Shown here one piece after another: positions 1 through 9,825 of a DNA stretch of 35,870 nucleotides. Position 1 is the first letter of the stretch, and every line of letters begins with the position of its first letter. The notes beneath the pieces were generated by a model, which was not told where the DNA came from, ran no database searches, and saw nothing but the letters and a program-made list of their open reading frames with translations. This DNA comes from Bacteroidia bacterium. Its GTDB lineage: Bacteria; Bacteroidota; Bacteroidia; Chitinophagales; Saprospiraceae. Made by a program: the position numbers and the translations under genes. The DNA is taken from positions 1-35,870 of the forward strand of contig JAUIIF010000001.1 in the NCBI GenBank assembly GCA_030431945.1, given 5' to 3'.

Positions 1-2167
1 GGCAGACATTCCGGAATCAATTGCCGGCGTACCTGCCGGCTGGCAGGTCGATTTTAAAAATGGCGACCGGATGAAGGAGCCGCCTCATCCCTTACTCGTC
101 CGGGACCGGGCCCGGCACATCGGAGATGCCGTAGCGGTGGTTATTGCCGAAACCCGTTCCCAAGCCAAAGATGCTGCGGAACTGGTAGACGTTGACTACG
201 AAGAGCTGGAGGCCGTAACGAACCCCAAGGCTGCCGTTCAGCCTGGTGCGCCCCTGGTTCATGATGATTGCCCCAGCAACCTCTGTTTTGACTGGGAGCT
301 GGGCAACCCCAAAGAAGAAGTCGATGCCGCCATTGCGGCAGCGGATCACGTTACGACGCTCGAATTTGTCAACCAGCGAATGGTACCCAATGCGATGGAG
401 CCCCGTTCTGCGATTGGCCACTACGAAGTTGCCAGAGATTACTACACGCTCTACACTTCTTCCCAGAACCCGCACCTGATCCGGCTGTTGATGTGTGCAT
501 TTGTGCTGGGTTTACCGGAACACAAGGTGCGGGTAGTGTCACCGGATGTGGGGGGTGGCTTTGGCAGTAAAATCTTTCACTATACGGAAGAAGCGCTGGT
601 CATCTGGGCCTCCAGGCAACTGGAGCGCCCCGTGAAGTGGACGGCAGAACGCAGCGAGAGCTTCCTGACGGATGCCCACGGCAGGGATCACGTCACTACT
701 GCCGATATGGGTTTTGATGCCGCGGGCAACATCACTGCTTTGCGGGTAAAGACCTTTGCCAACCTGGGGGCTTACATATCCACCTTCGCTCCTGCGGTAC
801 CTACGTACCTGCACGGTACCTTATTACAGGGGCTGTATACCACGCCCAAGATCAATGTCGACGTAACGGCTGCCTTTACCCACACCAATGCCGTTGACGC
901 CTACCGGGGGGCCGGCCGGCCGGAAGCTACCTACCTGCTTGAACGGTTACTGGATTTGGCGGCGCTCGAAATGGGGCGCGACCCGGTAGACCTCCGTAAA
1001 CAAAACTTCATCCCGGCGTTCGACGGGGTGGAGCAACCCGGCTACCAGACTCAGGTTGCCTTGCAGTACGATAGTGGTGATTATCACGGTGTACTGGACC
1101 GGGCGCTTGAGATGGTTGGCTACGCAGATTTCCGTAAAGAGCAGGAGGAGGCCAGAAAAGAAGGCAAACTGCTGGGTATTGGTTTTTCCACTTACATCGA
1201 AGCCTGTGGTATTGCCCCCTCGGCCGTCGTCGGGGCACTTGGTGCCCGGGCCGGCCTTTACGAAAGTGCCCAGGTTCGGGTACAACCCACCGGTACGGTT
1301 AGTGTCTACACGGGGGCGCACAGTCACGGTCAGGGGCACGAAACTACTTTTGCCCAGGTGGTGGCGGATCAGCTCGGCATCCCGCTGGAGAACGTAGAAA
1401 TTGTCCACGGAGATTCCGAAGCGGTTGCTTTCGGCATGGGTACGTACGGTTCCCGTAGCCTGGCCGTCGGCGGAAGTGCCATCGTCAAGAGCGTGGAGAA
1501 GGTGCTGGAGAAGGGCGCCAAAATTGCGGCGCACAAACTGGAAGCCAGCGTGGATGACCTGGAGTACGCCGAGGGCAAATGGACGGTAAAGGGAACGGAC
1601 AAGAGCATTGCCTTTGGGGATGTGTCGCTCACGGCCTACGTCCCGCACGATTATCCCGAAGGGCTGGAACCCGGTCTTGACTTCAGTAGTTTTTATGATC
1701 CGGCCAACTTCACCTATCCCTTTGGTTGCCACATTGCCATTATTGAAATTGACCGGGATACCGGAAAGGTAAAACTGAAGCGCTTCATTGCTGTGGACGA
1801 CGTTGGCAACGTCATCAACCCCATGATTGTGGACGGCCAGATTCACGGTGGCCTGGCCCAGGGCATTGGCCAGGCCCTGCTGGAAGGAGCACTCTACGAT
1901 GATTACGGCCAGTTAATCAATGGTTCATACATGGATTACTGTATGCCCCGGGCCGATGATTTCCCCAGTTTCGAGATTGACCGCACGGTGACCCCCTGCC
2001 CGCACAATCCTCTGGGCGTAAAGGGAGCCGGAGAAGCGGGGTGCATTGGGTCAACCCCGGCCGTTGTCAATGCCGTTATCGATGCCCTCTGGAAAGACGG
2101 CCATCAGGTAAAGGACATCTTGATGCCGCTGACGCCGGAGCGCGTCTGGCGAGCCATGCGGGACTGA
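1..2167 (+). CDS. coxL: Xanthine dehydrogenase/CO dehydrogenase-family molybdopterin-binding large subunit, form II CoxL-like (5' partial)
   Basis: The frame is open from position 2 ([24 protein letters not shown]...), so the gene starts upstream of the window. It has family motifs [33 protein letters not shown] and KGAGEAG. The active-site loop is AYRGAGR (899-919), the form II signature. Confidence 0.93.
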   Translation, partial: ADIPESIAGVPAGWQVDFKNGDRMKEPPHPLLVRDRARHIGDAVAVVIAETRSQAKDAAELVDVDYEELEAVTNPKAAVQPGAPLVHDDCPSNLCFDWELGNPKEEVDAAIAAADHVTTLEFVNQRMVPNAMEPRSAIGHYEVARDYYTLYTSSQNPHLIRLLMCAFVLGLPEHKVRVVSPDVGGGFGSKIFHYTEEALVIWASRQLERPVKWTAERSESFLTDAHGRDHVTTADMGFDAAGNITALRVKTFANLGAYISTFAPAVPTYLHGTLLQGLYTTPKINVDVTAAFTHTNAVDAYRGAGRPEATYLLERLLDLAALEMGRDPVDLRKQNFIPAFDGVEQPGYQTQVALQYDSGDYHGVLDRALEMVGYADFRKEQEEARKEGKLLGIGFSTYIEACGIAPSAVVGALGARAGLYESAQVRVQPTGTVSVYTGAHSHGQGHETTFAQVVADQLGIPLENVEIVHGDSEAVAFGMGTYGSRSLAVGGSAIVKSVEKVLEKGAKIAAHKLEASVDDLEYAEGKWTVKGTDKSIAFGDVSLTAYVPHDYPEGLEPGLDFSSFYDPANFTYPFGCHIAIIEIDRDTGKVKLKRFIAVDDVGNVINPMIVDGQIHGGLAQGIGQALLEGALYDDYGQLINGSYMDYCMPRADDFPSFEIDRTVTPCPHNPLGVKGAGEAGCIGSTPAVVNAVIDALWKDGHQVKDILMPLTPERVWRAMRD

Positions 2168-2267
2168 TGCCGACGTACCGGGATTGTTTGCCCGACAAAC
2201 AGCCCCGGCACCTGCGTGCGCGCCCACTTCCTTTACCTAATTGATCAACTACTACAACCATTAAAAA

Positions 2268-3110
2268 ATGATTCCCAGTCCATTTACCTACCAACGCGCC
2301 GGGAGTGTCAGCGAAGCCCTTTCTTTGCTCGCTGGTGATGCCCAGGCGCTGGCCGGTGGTCAGAGCCTGATACCAGCCATGAAACTGCGGCTGAATCAAC
2401 CCGAAAAGCTGGTGGACCTTTCCCGCATTGCCGCTCTCCGGCAGATTGAGGACGCCGGCGATCACCTCGTGATCGGTTCCATGGCTACGCACGGAATGAT
2501 TTCGGACCATCCCCTCGTGGCAAAACACGCCGGGTTCATCGCTCACGGAGCGGGATTAATCGGAGACATCCAGGTGCGGAATAAGGGAACGATCGGCGGC
2601 AGCATGGCGCACGCCGACCCTGCGGCTGACTGGCCGGCCTTACTGATTGCCGCAGACGCTACCGTTGCGCTCACCAGTGCAAATGGAAACCGCACGCTGC
2701 CTGCCGCCGACTTCTTTACCGGATTTTACGAGACCGCACTGGAAGAAGGAGAACTCATAACGGCCGTGCACCTGCCGAAAATGGGGGCCAGCCAACGCGG
2801 TAGTTATCAGAAATTCGTGCAGCCTGCCTCGCGCTTTGCGATTGTGGGTGTCGCCGTGGCTTTGACTACCGCAGGTGGCAAAGTAACTGCCGCCCGAGTA
2901 GGCATCACCGGACTTGCGGACCGGGCCTACCTGGATACTGCCGTCGCTGCGGCCCTTGTCGGTCAACCCGCAACCGCCGCTACTGCCGCAGCAGCGGCCC
3001 AGGCAGCCGGGGAGGTAGCCGGTATCCTTGCCGATCACTACGCCAGTGAGGAATACCGGCAGCACCTGGCAAAAGTCTACACCAAGCGGGCTATTTTAGC
3101 CTGTCTTTAA
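2268..3110 (+). CDS. coxM: FAD-binding medium subunit (CoxM/CutM-like)
   Basis: LAGGQSLIP and IGDIQVRNKGTIGGSMAHADPAAD FAD-binding motifs; directly follows coxL. Confidence 0.93.
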   Translation: MIPSPFTYQRAGSVSEALSLLAGDAQALAGGQSLIPAMKLRLNQPEKLVDLSRIAALRQIEDAGDHLVIGSMATHGMISDHPLVAKHAGFIAHGAGLIGDIQVRNKGTIGGSMAHADPAADWPALLIAADATVALTSANGNRTLPAADFFTGFYETALEEGELITAVHLPKMGASQRGSYQKFVQPASRFAIVGVAVALTTAGGKVTAARVGITGLADRAYLDTAVAAALVGQPATAATAAAAAQAAGEVAGILADHYASEEYRQHLAKVYTKRAILACL

Positions 3111-3264
3111 ACCGGCCACCCGAATGCTGGCTCTTTTTTTCTTTCATGAGGTCTTTAATTCGCTGCCGGTTGCTTGTTGGCCGTAGTAGCCGGCAACCGG
3201 TTACTACCAAGCAAAAGCCGGTAGAGACTACCCTCCGGCTCCTTAAGACCATATCCTACCACTA

Positions 3265-4161
3265 GTGAATACCAAGGACGCATTACAAGAGCTAAGCGAT
3301 CAGTTAAAGGGACAAGGGTACATTGCCGACCAGCGTATCGTCATGACCCTGCACCTGGCGCAGCTTTTGCAAAAACCGATCTTGCTGGAAGGGCCGGCCG
3401 GGGTGGGTAAAACTGAAATAGCGAAAGTACTGGCCGTACTTCAGGAAGCGGAATTAATCCGGCTTCAGTGTTACGAGGGGCTGGACGCCAGCCAGGCCAT
3501 TTACGAGTGGAACTACCAACGCCAACTACTCTACCTAAAACTCAGCGAACAGGATGGGCGGCCCCTGGCGGAGAAAGAAGCTGACCTGTTCAGTCGGGAC
3601 TATCTCCTGGAACGGCCACTGCTAAAAGCAATAAGTTCTGCCAGCCCGAGCGTACTCCTCATTGATGAGCTGGACCGTGCGGATGAAGAGTTTGAAAGTT
3701 TTCTTTTGGAGATGCTTTCCGACTGGCAGATCAGCATTCCGGAGATAGGAACCATAAAAGCCCGGCAGGTACCTACCGTTGTGATTACCTCCAACCGGAC
3801 CCGGGAGTTGTCCGATGCGCTGCGCAGAAGGTGTCTTTACCTCTGGATAGACTACCCTGATCAGGCTAAGGAACTGGCCATTGTCCGTAGCCGGTTACCG
3901 GCAATAGACCGTGACTTAGCGGCGTCCATTACTCACTTTATGGCCAGCGTTCGGGAGCAGCGACTTGAAAAAACGCCGGGCATTGCGGAGACGCTGGACT
4001 GGGCTACGGCCCTGGCAGCCTTGCACATCGATCATCTTGACCAGGAAACCGTTGCCGCAACCCTGGGAGTAATTTTGAAAGACTGGAAAGACGTAAGGGA
4101 GGTCACTGATTCTCTCAGTGAATTGCTGGAACGCACGGGTGTAAAATCAAAGGTAGGCTAG
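3265..4161 (+). CDS. coxD: MoxR-family AAA+ ATPase (CoxD-like)
   Basis: Walker A GPAGVGKT, RLQCYEG..YEWNY, Walker B LLIDELDRADEEFE, SNRTRELSDALRRRC. GTG start. Confidence 0.9.
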   Translation: MNTKDALQELSDQLKGQGYIADQRIVMTLHLAQLLQKPILLEGPAGVGKTEIAKVLAVLQEAELIRLQCYEGLDASQAIYEWNYQRQLLYLKLSEQDGRPLAEKEADLFSRDYLLERPLLKAISSASPSVLLIDELDRADEEFESFLLEMLSDWQISIPEIGTIKARQVPTVVITSNRTRELSDALRRRCLYLWIDYPDQAKELAIVRSRLPAIDRDLAASITHFMASVREQRLEKTPGIAETLDWATALAALHIDHLDQETVAATLGVILKDWKDVREVTDSLSELLERTGVKSKVG

Positions 4162-4201
4162 TGTTCTGTCGGGTATCACTTTTCCTAAATGACTGTTTCA
4201 A

Positions 4202-5359
4202 ATGCCTTCGCTAATCACGAGAAAAACGAATTTGCCGGAGCACGTGGTGCAATTTTGCCGTTACCTGCGCGCGAAAGGATTTAACTGCGGGCCGACTGAG
4301 GAAACTGAGGTGCTACGGCTTCTGACCGATTACACCCCCGAAAAAGTGTCCTCATTTCAGCATTTATTGGGGGCTGTACTGGTGAAAAATAAAGACCAGT
4401 TTCTACGTTTTCCGGCCTTGTTTCAAACTTACTGGACCGAGCTGCAGAAAGCGGAAGATGGTAAAGTTGCTGAGCAATCCGTCAGTAAGCCCCAGCGCCG
4501 GCAGGGTGCCCCTACCCTCCGGGAACTGAAAGACTGGCTTTTTAACGGTCGCCAGACACCGGAGGAAGAAGAAATTGCGCTGTTCTCCGCTGCGGAGGTT
4601 TTCACCCGGAAAGATTTTTCGACGTTCCGGCAAGAGGAGGTAAAGGACATGTTGAGCATTTTGCGCCGGTTTGCCCGTTTACTGGCTAATCAGCAGGTGA
4701 GGCGGAACGTATCCGCCCATCGGCCCGGGCGGTTGGACCTCCGGCGGACCATCAGGCAGAGTGCCCGCCAGGGTGGCGACATCACGGCTTTCCGGTGGAA
4801 AAAGCCAAAGCTTTCCCCGCAGCGGATTACCATTTTCTGTGACGTCAGTAAATCTATGGATCTCTACGTTCGTTTTTTGCTGCAGTTCCTGTACGGTTTT
4901 CACCGCGTCAGCACCAGGATGGAAACTTTTGTTTTTGGCACCTCCCTTACCCGGGTGTCACCGGCCCTCCACCAACAGGCATTTACCGCCAGCCTGCAGC
5001 AGCTTGGGGAACTTGTTCCTGACTGGTCGGGGGGAACCAACATCGGGAAGTCCCTGGCGACCTTTCGGCAGGATTACGGTCAACAATACCTGGGCCGAAG
5101 AACCACGGTCATTATTTTAAGTGATGGCTGGGATCAGGGAGCGGCAGACCTGCTGGATGCCCAGCTAAATTACCTGAAGGGGCATTGTAAAAAGCTGATC
5201 TGGATCAACCCGCTGGCCGGCCGGCCGGGGTACCGGCCGGAGACCGTCGCGATGCGAACGGCCTTACCCTACGTTGACTGGTTAGGCTCAGCTCATAATG
5301 TTGATTCACTGATCCAGCTGGTACAAGAACTGGGTGCGGACCAGTACCGGGTTGCCTAA
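4202..5359 (+). CDS. coxE: vWA-domain CoxE-like protein
   Basis: LDLRRTIR, MIDAS DVSKSM, FVFGTSLT, WSGGTNIG, ILSDGWD and WINPL motifs; follows the MoxR ATPase. Confidence 0.9.
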   Translation: MPSLITRKTNLPEHVVQFCRYLRAKGFNCGPTEETEVLRLLTDYTPEKVSSFQHLLGAVLVKNKDQFLRFPALFQTYWTELQKAEDGKVAEQSVSKPQRRQGAPTLRELKDWLFNGRQTPEEEEIALFSAAEVFTRKDFSTFRQEEVKDMLSILRRFARLLANQQVRRNVSAHRPGRLDLRRTIRQSARQGGDITAFRWKKPKLSPQRITIFCDVSKSMDLYVRFLLQFLYGFHRVSTRMETFVFGTSLTRVSPALHQQAFTASLQQLGELVPDWSGGTNIGKSLATFRQDYGQQYLGRRTTVIILSDGWDQGAADLLDAQLNYLKGHCKKLIWINPLAGRPGYRPETVAMRTALPYVDWLGSAHNVDSLIQLVQELGADQYRVA

Positions 5360-5650
5360 CGAAAACGAGGGGGCAAGCTAGTAGTGGTACGTTGGATAAT
5401 TGCCGCGTTAGCCTATCGAATGACCAACGAAAACGAGGGGGCACGCCCTCCTCGCTACGTGGGGCGGACCTCCACTCCCGGGGGTAAGGGTTTGATTGGT
5501 AGCCGGCGCTGCGGTACGTTGGGGACCGACACCATGCCTTGCGGGTTGACCAACGAAAACGAGGGGGCAAGCCCCCTCGCTACGTGGGGCGGACCTCCGG
5601 TCCTGGGGGTAAGGGTTTGACTGGTGGCCGGCGCTGCGGTACGTTGGGGA
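5358..5650. repeat. REP/BIME-like tandem repeat: two ~105-bp units (5421-5525 and 5547-5650, period 126) plus a truncated unit at 5358
   Basis: Units begin TGACCAACGAAAACGAGGGGGCA and end GGCGCTGCGGTACGTTGGGGA. The core hairpin is CGAGGGGGC-AA-GCCCCCTCG (5560-5579), preceded by GTAG on the minus strand. Confidence 0.85.
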
Positions 5651-5722
5651 ACCCGTAGGATGGGAGGTGAAATATTCTGCCGCTATTTTACTACCTTCCC
5701 CGTCTCAAATTAATCTTCGATC

Positions 5723-6487
5723 ATGCAACAACGCTTTTCCACCTTACTCTGCACCTGCGTACTCGCCCTCCTATTTTCCGGCGGCCTGATGGCCCAACAG
5801 TTCCGGGCACTACTTATCGTACAGACTGCCGGCTGGCAGCACGAAAGTAGTTTTGATGCGATACCCGCGATGAAGCAATTGGCTGATCGCCATAACTTCC
5901 GCCTGGATTTAAAGCAACGCGCAATTCCGCTAAACGACGGCATGCTGAAGAACTACGATGTCGTCATCATGGTGAATACAACCGGTGATATTTTCAATGA
6001 TGATGAGCAGGCGGCATTTGAACGATTTATTCAGTCTGGAAAAGGCTGGGTGGGAGTCCACGCGGCCAGTGACACAGAGTACGACTGGAAGTGGTACACG
6101 GGCATGGTGGGGCATATGTTCAAAATCCACCCAGTAGTTCAAACAGCCATGCTGGAGGTGCAAGACGGCACCTTTCCCGGATTGGAAACCTGGCCCAAGC
6201 GAATGCTGTGGACCGATGAGTACTATGAATACCTGGACGGCAGTAAGCAACCTGGATTCAACTACCTGCTTACTGTTGATGAGGACACCTACGACGTGAA
6301 TGCCAAGTGGGGAGATAATGTAGCCAAAGGCCACGGTGATTTTCACCCAATGAGCTGGTATCACGATTACGACGGCGGGCGTGCCTTTTACACTAACCTC
6401 GGTCACATGCCGGCCGTATTTGCCGAGCCAGCTTTCCTGCATCACCTGTACGGAGGCATCTGGTGGGCAGCCAAAGGAAAGAAATAA
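5723..6487 (+). CDS. ThuA-like (class I glutamine amidotransferase-fold) secreted protein
   Basis: Signal peptide followed by QQ; motifs GWQHES, NTTGD, GWVGVHAASDTEYDW, DEYY, HPMSW and RAFYTNLGH. Confidence 0.85.
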   Translation: MQQRFSTLLCTCVLALLFSGGLMAQQFRALLIVQTAGWQHESSFDAIPAMKQLADRHNFRLDLKQRAIPLNDGMLKNYDVVIMVNTTGDIFNDDEQAAFERFIQSGKGWVGVHAASDTEYDWKWYTGMVGHMFKIHPVVQTAMLEVQDGTFPGLETWPKRMLWTDEYYEYLDGSKQPGFNYLLTVDEDTYDVNAKWGDNVAKGHGDFHPMSWYHDYDGGRAFYTNLGHMPAVFAEPAFLHHLYGGIWWAAKGKK

Positions 6488-6541
6488 CGTAAACGCGCCC
6501 CCTCAGCCCGGTGGTTTGTCCAGTTTAAGATTGGGCAAAAC

Positions 6542-6605
6542 AATACGATGGCCTGCGTCATTACGGGACCCCTACCCCACCGTGACGCAGGCCATCGTAT
6601 TTTTG
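6542..6605. terminator. Bidirectional intrinsic terminator between convergent genes
   Basis: Perfect 19-bp stem AATACGATGGCCTGCGTCA / TGACGCAGGCCATCGTATT with A and T tracts on the flanks. Confidence 0.8.
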
Positions 6606-6627
6606 GCAACTGACCGTTGAGACGGTA

Positions 6628-7278
6628 CTAGACGATGCCATTTTTTACGGCGTACAGTACCAGGCCGACCAAATTTCGGGAACCAGTTTTGTCCTGTAAG
6701 CTGCGCCGGTGACCTTCGACGGTTCGCGCGCTGATGAAGAGCTTCTCCGCAATTTCCTTGCTGGTGAACTCCTGACAGATCAGGGCAAGGACTTCCATCT
6801 CGCGCTCACTGATGTTGGGACCGAAGTACCCTTCCGGCTTAGTGGGTTTCTGGCGACCACCTTTCAGAAGAGCTTTGGAGACGTAATCGCGGAAGAAGAT
6901 GCCTTCCTGCCCAACCCGCTCGACGGCAGTTCGGACAATTTCCGGATTCTCATCTTTCAGCAAAAAGCCATTGGCCCCGAGTTGCATCAGGTGATTGATG
7001 AGGCGATCGCTATCGTGCATGGTCAGCATGATGACCCGGATGTCAGGATGTTTGTCGCGGATCATCTCCAGGGTTTCGATGCCGTCCATGACGGGCATTT
7101 CCACGTCGAGGATGACGACATCTACCGGTTCAAAAGCTAAGCGTTCAAAAAACTGCTTGCCATTGTCGGCTTCAAAGACGACTTTGAAATCGGGTCGATC
7201 CGAAAGGATCATTTTCAGCCCGCCCCGAAAGAGCTTTTGGTCATCGACCAGGGCTATACGAATGGGTAAAACGTTCAT
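6628..7278 (-). CDS. NarL/FixJ-family response regulator (REC + LuxR HTH)
   Basis: LVDDQ, ILDVEMPVMDG, LTMH, GFLLK; HTH ISEREMEVL...KEIAEKLFISARTVEGHR. Confidence 0.95.
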   Translation of the reverse strand: MNVLPIRIALVDDQKLFRGGLKMILSDRPDFKVVFEADNGKQFFERLAFEPVDVVILDVEMPVMDGIETLEMIRDKHPDIRVIMLTMHDSDRLINHLMQLGANGFLLKDENPEIVRTAVERVGQEGIFFRDYVSKALLKGGRQKPTKPEGYFGPNISEREMEVLALICQEFTSKEIAEKLFISARTVEGHRRSLQDKTGSRNLVGLVLYAVKNGIV

Positions 7279-7307
7279 TATCAGTGTTTTTCTGGAAAAA
7301 GCTTGGG

Positions 7308-8093
7308 TTAGGTGGGCAAGGTGATATTTACCGCAAGCCCCTTTCCGGGGGCTGTATTTGAAATTAAAGAACCGTCAATTAACGAAACACGACTTTCAAT
7401 ATTTCTAAGACCCAGGCCTCCAGCTTGCTGACCACTGAGGTCGAAGCCTTTGCCATCGTCCTGGTAATTAAAGGAAAAATTGTCACGTGACCAAGCCAGG
7501 TCTACGCTAATGTTCTTAGCCTCAGCATGTTTAAGGGTATTATTTACTAATTCCTGCAAGACCCGGTAGAGGGCAATTTCGCGCTTGGGTGCCAGTCGCT
7601 CTTCCGTACTTGCGGAAAAACGGACGCCTATTCCCCCACTGTTCCTGACCCGATCACAGAGGTCTTCTGCTGCCGCCTGAAAGCCAAATTTCTCCAGTAC
7701 CGGTGGTAAAAGATCATGGGTGATTCTGCGGGTGTTCTGGATCATTTCGTCCAGGATGGACAAGGACTCAGATTTGATGCTCAGGGTTTTTTCCGGCGTG
7801 GCTTCCGGGGATAACTGGCGCAGGTAAAGGCGGGTGGCGGAGAGGAGACTGCCAATATCGTCGTGCAGATCGCTGGCGATTCTTCTGCGTTCCGTTTCCT
7901 GAATTTCTACGGCAGCGGCCAAAAGTTGCTTTTGATGTTTGCGCTCTTCTTCCTGTAGTAAGCGCTGCTGCTCCAGTAACCGCCGCTGATAAACTACGAA
8001 AAAGACGATCAAAGCCACGCTGAGCAACAGCATGCCTCCTACTCCCCAAAGCAGAATGGTACGAGAAGCTTCACTAAAGTTACTTTCATTCAT
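7308..8093 (-). CDS. HisKA_3-type histidine kinase with a single N-terminal TM helix and no sensor domain
   Basis: ETERRRIASDLHDDIG H-box, QELVNNTLKHA N-box, DDGKGF and GLGLRNI; one hydrophobic stretch at residues ~13-35. Confidence 0.93.
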   Translation of the reverse strand: MNESNFSEASRTILLWGVGGMLLLSVALIVFFVVYQRRLLEQQRLLQEEERKHQKQLLAAAVEIQETERRRIASDLHDDIGSLLSATRLYLRQLSPEATPEKTLSIKSESLSILDEMIQNTRRITHDLLPPVLEKFGFQAAAEDLCDRVRNSGGIGVRFSASTEERLAPKREIALYRVLQELVNNTLKHAEAKNISVDLAWSRDNFSFNYQDDGKGFDLSGQQAGGLGLRNIESRVSLIDGSLISNTAPGKGLAVNITLPT

Positions 8094-8791
8094 GAGTGCA
8101 CGGTTAAAAGGTTCTGGTTTTTGTTGGTAGCGTCCTTCCAGATAGCCATACTGTAAAACAAATGAAGGAGTATGCTCAGGGCCGAATGAATGTTGTACAG
8201 CGAGTCAAACTCTGAGCGGCTGAAGTTGATGTACTTCACGGCCAGCCACAACAGGAAGCTGCCGGAATAATAGATCACCGTTCCTACACTAAGCCAGAAC
8301 AAGGCCAACTCTTCGGGTCGCTCCGTACTGAGAGTGCGTAATAGATAGATAAAAAAAGAAGCACCGATCAGAATGCAGGAAGAGGAAAGCAAGGCCAGGG
8401 ATTGCCCGTTAAAATTGAGGAGACCGTCCCCCCAGAAAGCGTTCCAGCAACAGAACAGGATAAAAGCAATCAATACCCCGTTGATGAGTTGCTGCGAGAA
8501 ATACCGCAGCAGAAGGGGCTTGAAAATTTTCAGGTGGAACCAAAAATAAACCGGGGTTACTAAATGGTAGTAAGGATAATTGGTAGGCGTTTCGAATTTA
8601 TTGAGCGCCCACGGCGTTGCAGAAATGTACTCGAAAGCAATGGAGAATACTGACAGGTACAATAACCAACGCAGTTCCACGTGTAACGACCGCAGGAAAA
8701 TGAGGCCCAGCATGATGGGGAGGGCCCAAGTCCAAACCCCCAAGCTACTCAGGGAAAAAGTAAGAAAACGTTGGTTGTAAAACAGTTCCAT
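8090..8791 (-). CDS. Hypothetical integral membrane protein, about 7 TM helices (candidate sensor partner of the kinase)
   Basis: Seven hydrophobic segments counted by eye, including LFWLSVGTVIYYSGSFLLW. Its stop overlaps the kinase start (ATGA, 8090-8093). Confidence 0.8.
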   Translation of the reverse strand: MELFYNQRFLTFSLSSLGVWTWALPIMLGLIFLRSLHVELRWLLYLSVFSIAFEYISATPWALNKFETPTNYPYYHLVTPVYFWFHLKIFKPLLLRYFSQQLINGVLIAFILFCCWNAFWGDGLLNFNGQSLALLSSSCILIGASFFIYLLRTLSTERPEELALFWLSVGTVIYYSGSFLLWLAVKYINFSRSEFDSLYNIHSALSILLHLFYSMAIWKDATNKNQNLLTVHS

Positions 8792-8794
8792 CTA

Positions 8795-9580
8795 TCAGGG
8801 ATCGTTGGGTGGAACCGGTAAGCCAAAATCGTAGAAACTGTCTCCGTCATCATTCGTCAATCCGGTAGCATTACGATGTACCCTTCCGAGATTATCAAGG
8901 TCAACGGCCCTTTTTACTTCAATGACCGGGCGGAAGCTGTAGGGGTGATCGTAGACGGCTAAACCATTCCCCAGGTGAATATCCAGACAAGGGTTTTTTG
9001 AGGCCAGGCTATTCTTGATGTCATCGAGAATACTGGCACTTTCGACTTCGGAAAAAACGTAGGCCCGCACGCGTTTGCCCAGTACGTGGGAAACCGCGGT
9101 AAAGGGACTGGCAAGATCTTCTTCTGCCATTTCCAGCCAACTCATTACGAACATATAAGCGCCTGCGGCAGGGATTGCATTGGCTTCGCTGCCGCTTTCG
9201 TCAGTCATACTGGCGGAGAATCGACTGTTGGCTTCCCAGGCTAAGGGGAAACAATCTTGTTGATACGTAGCCTTGCTGTGGAAAGGCTGCAGGTACAGGC
9301 CAAAGTGAGGATACTTGGGGATACGTTCCGTGTAATAATTTTCCGAAAGGCCCAGGTGGACAATAAACTGCAGCTTTTTACCCTTGCTGGCCCTTTCGTA
9401 CAGCTCCTTTAGCTGGGCTCCTTTCATCCGGAAGGACACTAAGCGCTCACTCTGTTTTTCCTGGGCATCGTACACTTGAAAAAGTCCGGGAATTTCTTCC
9501 TGCCGGCAGCGCTGCCAGTTCTCCGCCAGCGCAGACATTTTTTTGTGAGAAATTATGGTTGATTTAGAAGACTTGGCCAT
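8795..9580 (-). CDS. Hypothetical protein with a two-fold internal repeat and a C-terminal DSFYDFGLPVPPNDP tail
   Basis: 261-aa ORF ending 3 nt before the 7TM start; AT-rich upstream leader; no signal peptide visible. Confidence 0.8.
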   Translation of the reverse strand: MAKSSKSTIISHKKMSALAENWQRCRQEEIPGLFQVYDAQEKQSERLVSFRMKGAQLKELYERASKGKKLQFIVHLGLSENYYTERIPKYPHFGLYLQPFHSKATYQQDCFPLAWEANSRFSASMTDESGSEANAIPAAGAYMFVMSWLEMAEEDLASPFTAVSHVLGKRVRAYVFSEVESASILDDIKNSLASKNPCLDIHLGNGLAVYDHPYSFRPVIEVKRAVDLDNLGRVHRNATGLTNDDGDSFYDFGLPVPPNDP

Positions 9581-9678
9581 TTAGCTGATATAATTTATGT
9601 GCTGATTAAACTGGAGGTAATGTTTACCGAATCAAAAAAAGGACTACCTGCAGCAAAACATAGCGACGTAGAACAAAG

Positions 9679-9694
9679 TAGGTAGATTTACCTA
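9679..9694. promoter_or_regulatory. 7-2-7 inverted repeat, candidate NarL-family regulator site
   Basis: TAGGTAG-AT-TTACCTA about 100 bp upstream of the 261-aa gene; near-identical copy at 11124-11139. Confidence 0.6.
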
Positions 9695-9742
9695 TTAAAA
9701 GGAGGGAATTTCCGCCGTAAACAGCAGTAAACGGGGAAAACC

Positions 9743-9782
9743 AAAAAACGCCGGCGTCTCCTGTTTGGGTGACACCGGCGTT
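9743..9782 (-). terminator. Intrinsic terminator after the tail-collar genes
   Basis: Minus strand AACGCCGGTGTCACCC-AAACA-GGAGACGCCGGCGTT-TTTT. Confidence 0.75.
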
Positions 9783-9825
9783 CAGGTTTGGCTTACTGGC
9801 CAGGTAAGATAGTGGCCGGTAAAAT

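Noticed and set aside
947-1846. 299-aa minus-strand ORF, and similar shadows over susC, susD and the 936-aa gene
   Set aside because: Antisense to well-supported genes, with no independent evidence.
5384-5620. 78-aa ORF with a repeated TNENEGA peptide
   Set aside because: A by-product of the DNA repeat; no support for translation.
5358-5650. Possible CRISPR array (three copies of AACGAAAACGAGGGGGCA)
   Set aside because: The intervening sequences are near-identical rather than unique, the spacing is irregular (68 and 126 bp), and there are no cas genes.
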